Positions 60,805 to 64,000 of a stretch of DNA of 64,000 bases are shown here, piece by piece. The position numbers and the translations under genes are program-made. This DNA comes from Capsulimonadaceae bacterium (GTDB lineage Bacteria > Armatimonadota > Armatimonadia > Armatimonadales > Capsulimonadaceae). How positions within the stretch are numbered: position 1 is the stretch's first letter; every line of letters starts with the position of its first letter. Below the pieces are notes generated by a model. It saw only the letters and a list, made by a program, of their open reading frames with translations. It had not been told where the DNA came from and ran no database searches. Location: assembly GCA_965215505.1 (NCBI GenBank), contig OZ244065.1, forward strand, positions 5,696,001-5,760,000, written 5' to 3'.

Positions 60805-61629
60805 ATGGATGATGTTGGAGAACTGCCGCCGGACTTGACGAGGGTTCTTTACGCTCTGGGACCACGCAAGTTGGTCCTGCTGGAAGGCGCGTCCGACGTG
60901 GCTGTGTTTCGGGAATGGTTTCGGGACCGCCGGGACGTGATCGAGTTCTTCTCGCCGGAGGTTCCGCAGGGAAGAAGCGGCGTGGAGAACCTGCTGAACC
61001 GCATCCTCGCCCGAAGCCCAAGCTCCAACCCGCGCGAGTATGGCATCGTTGACCGAGATTTTCGCGAAGACGCAGAAGTCGAGGCGGCCCTTTCCGACCC
61101 TAACACTCACCTGTTCATCCTGCGGCGCTACTGTATTGAGAACTACCTGCTGGAGCCTGCCGCCGTCGCGGAAGAAGTGCGCGTGCTCTCTGCTCCGAAT
61201 ATGGATGCACCCGACGCGCAAGTCATGGAAGCCGAACTGTTGCAGATGTGCCGGAACTTGCACACGATGATGGCTGCAAACTGGGTGTTCTCTGAGGCCG
61301 GGCGAGGAAGGCACTTCCCAGAGGGGCACCAGCTTATGGATCGTGAGGCAGTCATGGCACGGGTGGTAGAAGGCCTCGGGTGTACCACTGCGAAAGCCGA
61401 GCCTGCCGTGTCCGAGAAAGAAGTAGCTATCGAGCCGCTGTTGTCCAGTCTGGAGGGCGCGCACCAGCGCATTAACGGCAAGCACCTCTTGTTCCAAATC
61501 CACCAGACATTCATTCGCTCAGGCATCACTCGGGATCAATTCCGTAACCTGCTGGCGCGGGCCGTCAGGGAACGAGTCGGGCTGCACGAAGACATCAAGA
61601 CCATCATCGAACAGCGGGTGCTGGCTTGA
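60805..61629 (+). CDS. DUF4435 TOPRIM-like protein, AriB-like
   Basis: LLEGASD, IVDRDF, RRYCIENYLL, INGKHL. Confidence 0.8.
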   Translation: MDDVGELPPDLTRVLYALGPRKLVLLEGASDVAVFREWFRDRRDVIEFFSPEVPQGRSGVENLLNRILARSPSSNPREYGIVDRDFREDAEVEAALSDPNTHLFILRRYCIENYLLEPAAVAEEVRVLSAPNMDAPDAQVMEAELLQMCRNLHTMMAANWVFSEAGRGRHFPEGHQLMDREAVMARVVEGLGCTTAKAEPAVSEKEVAIEPLLSSLEGAHQRINGKHLLFQIHQTFIRSGITRDQFRNLLARAVRERVGLHEDIKTIIEQRVLA

Positions 61630-63815
61630 AATACACGAGCCTGCTCCGAATCGCCGCGCTCGCTCTACTTATCGGCACCGCTTCCCCGCACCCCTCGGTC
61701 GCCCAACCCCCGGACGCGCCGCCCGGCGTTATCACCGTCCAGGTCACGCCCAGGCCCGCCAACACTTTTGTCGCGACACAGGCGCTCGGGGCGGGGGTAG
61801 ATGGGCTGGACTATGGCGCCATTGGGAAGGCCTATGCGCCGGCCAACATCCAGGCGATGCGGTCGGCGGGGCTGGGTGCGCTGACCTACCGGCTGCGGAC
61901 GGAGCTTGCCGTGGAGGCGTGGCACTGGAACCCCTCGGGCCAGTGGAGCGAGGCCGGGAAGAGGCAGGGGTACTGGACCTCGGACGCGCAGGCTGGAGAG
62001 CCGATCTCGCTCTGCTACGGCTACCGGCTTCCCCGGCGGGGCAGCACGATTGACCAGGCGAACAACGACGGGTACTCGCGGCTGGACGACGGGGATGGGA
62101 ATACGTTCTGGAAGAGTAATCCTTACCTCGACCGGCATTTTACGGGCGAGGACAACGCCCGGCACCCGCAGTGGGTGCTGATAGACCTCGGGCGGGTGCA
62201 GCCCGTGAACGCCGTCCGGATCGCCTGGGCCGCCCCCTACGCGACCGACTATCAGGTGCAGTACTGGGATGGTGACAATGGCGGTGAGGACACGCGCAGC
62301 CTCGACGACACTTATGGCGCGGGCGGCGCGTGGCGGACGTTCCCACGGGGGGCACAGACGGGGGGGCAGGGCGGCGTGGTCCTTTTGCGGCTGGCCGCCG
62401 CGCCGCGCCAGTCTCGGTTCGTCCGCGTCTGGATGACCCGGAGCGGCGGTGCCCCGGTCGGGATTGGCGACATCCGGGACACGCTGGGCTATGCTGTTCG
62501 GGAGATCGGGGTGGGGGCGGTAGATAGGGCAGGTGTGTTCCATGACCTGATCCGTCATGCGCCGAACGGCAAACTCCAGACGCCGGTCTATGTCTCCTCC
62601 ACCGACCCGTGGCACCAGGCGGCGGGCCGCGACCCGAACGTCGAGCAGCCCGGCTTTGACCGCGTGTTTGGGTCCGGGCTGGCGAACGGCCTCCCCGTCC
62701 TCATGCCGGCGGGTGTCCTGTACGACACGCCCGACAACGCCGCCGCCGAACTGCGGTTCCTGCGGGCGCGCGGCCACCCGGTGACGCGGATGGAACTGGG
62801 GGAGGAGCCGGACGGGCAGTATGTGACGCCCGAGGATTACGGCGCGCTCTACCTCCAATGGGCGGACGCGCTGCACCGGGTAGACCCGGCGGTTCGGCTG
62901 GGCGGGCCGAGCTTCCAGACGGCGATAGATGGCTGGGTGGCCTGGCCGGACGCGCGGGGCGACCGCTCCTGGCTGCACCGATTCCTGGGCTATCTGAAGC
63001 GGCGGGGGCGGCTCGCCGATTTCTCCTTCTTCTCGTTCGAGTGGTATCCCTTCGACAACGTCTGTGCGCCGCCCGGCCCGCAGCTCGCGCTGGCCCCCGG
63101 CATGCTGCAAAACGCGCTGGCCCGGCTCCAGCACGAAGGCCTTCCCCGCCGCATCCCCTGGCTGATCACCGAGTACGGCTACTCGGCATTCGCGGGCGAG
63201 GCCGAGATGACCTGGCCCGGTGCCCTGCTCAACGCCGAAACCGCCGCCCAGTTTCTGACCCTGGGCGGCTCGGCGGCCTACCTCTATGGCTATGAGCCGA
63301 ACGTGCCCATCCACGAAGTCCAGGATTGCCCGACGTGGGGCAACCTCGCGCTCCTCCTGTCGGGGAACGGCCGCCCTCCGGCCCCCCTCGCCACTTACCA
63401 CGCCGCGCGCCTGCTGACGCAGCAGTGGGCGCAGGCGGGCACCGACCGGCCCCAGGAGGTCTATAGGGCGACCTCCAGCCTGCGGAACAGCCTGGGCCTG
63501 CCCCCCGTGACGGCCTACGCCGTCCACCGGCCGGACGGGCGGTGGGCGGTGCTGCTGCTGAACAAGGACCCGAAGCGGGCGCACCGGGTCACCCTCAGGT
63601 TCCGGCGGGGGGGCGGTTCGACCCCCCTTACCTTCTCCGCGCCGACCGATCTCTACCAGTATTCGGCGGCGCAGTACGTTTGGCACCCGGACAAGGCGCG
63701 TGGATACCCGTCCCCGAACCTGCCGCCCGCACACAGCGTCTCCGTCGGCGGTGCGGTGACACTCCCGCCGTTCTCGCTTTCCGTGCTGCGCGGGACGGTC
63801 ATGGGTCTGCCTTAA
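61626..63815 (+). CDS. Secreted GH-A-like glycoside hydrolase with inserted discoidin domain
   Basis: Signal peptide; QWVLIDLG..VNAVRIAW..RFVRV discoidin; ELGEEPD, ITEYG. Confidence 0.72.
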   Translation: MKYTSLLRIAALALLIGTASPHPSVAQPPDAPPGVITVQVTPRPANTFVATQALGAGVDGLDYGAIGKAYAPANIQAMRSAGLGALTYRLRTELAVEAWHWNPSGQWSEAGKRQGYWTSDAQAGEPISLCYGYRLPRRGSTIDQANNDGYSRLDDGDGNTFWKSNPYLDRHFTGEDNARHPQWVLIDLGRVQPVNAVRIAWAAPYATDYQVQYWDGDNGGEDTRSLDDTYGAGGAWRTFPRGAQTGGQGGVVLLRLAAAPRQSRFVRVWMTRSGGAPVGIGDIRDTLGYAVREIGVGAVDRAGVFHDLIRHAPNGKLQTPVYVSSTDPWHQAAGRDPNVEQPGFDRVFGSGLANGLPVLMPAGVLYDTPDNAAAELRFLRARGHPVTRMELGEEPDGQYVTPEDYGALYLQWADALHRVDPAVRLGGPSFQTAIDGWVAWPDARGDRSWLHRFLGYLKRRGRLADFSFFSFEWYPFDNVCAPPGPQLALAPGMLQNALARLQHEGLPRRIPWLITEYGYSAFAGEAEMTWPGALLNAETAAQFLTLGGSAAYLYGYEPNVPIHEVQDCPTWGNLALLLSGNGRPPAPLATYHAARLLTQQWAQAGTDRPQEVYRATSSLRNSLGLPPVTAYAVHRPDGRWAVLLLNKDPKRAHRVTLRFRRGGGSTPLTFSAPTDLYQYSAAQYVWHPDKARGYPSPNLPPAHSVSVGGAVTLPPFSLSVLRGTVMGLP

Positions 63816-64000
63816 CACCCCCCGCACTGCCGCGACGTTCCCCAGCCTACGGCGGCAATTCTCGCAAGAAGCGTCTCCACTTGAAGCTATAGTTGTTCAT
63901 AATACTGCAAACCAAAGGCAAATACTGGGCTGCCGAATGAAACACTGCCGCTTTCATCCCTACCGCACTGCATTCCACTCACGTCAGCCGACCTCGAAAT

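Noticed and set aside
63816-64000. Possible 3' end of a minus-strand gene at the window edge
   Set aside because: Too short and no recognisable motif

Overview
High-GC bacterial chromosomal window; an Armatimonadota-like source is a weak inference from protein style. It is dominated by housekeeping operons: hspR-clpC-like heat shock, prfB, a full suf Fe-S cluster with an IscR-type operator, sbcC, obg-proB-proA-nadD, rpsB-tsf-pyrH-frr-uppS-dxr-rseP-proS-mgtC and tRNA-Ser(GGA). It also carries many secreted hydrolases (M28, matrixins, trypsin/FG-GAP, SGNH, GH26, GH39-like, PIG-L). Small toxin/defence-like cassettes are wedged into these operons with no integrase or transposase in view. The most striking is a stand-alone colicin E5-like RNase domain plus an Imm40-like immunity gene between pyrH and frr. 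Others are a HEPN gene with an atypical, probably degenerate MNT-like partner inside the suf operon, a tandem MNT-HEPN x2 array after clpC, a DUF433/DUF5615 (PIN) pair, and a PARIS-like ABC ATPase + DUF4435 pair. Several REP-like palindrome families lie in intergenic gaps and in places supply stop or start codons, and several genes look leaderless. No CRISPR array, rRNA, integrase or transposase was seen. All family assignments come from motif recognition by eye, not from database searches.
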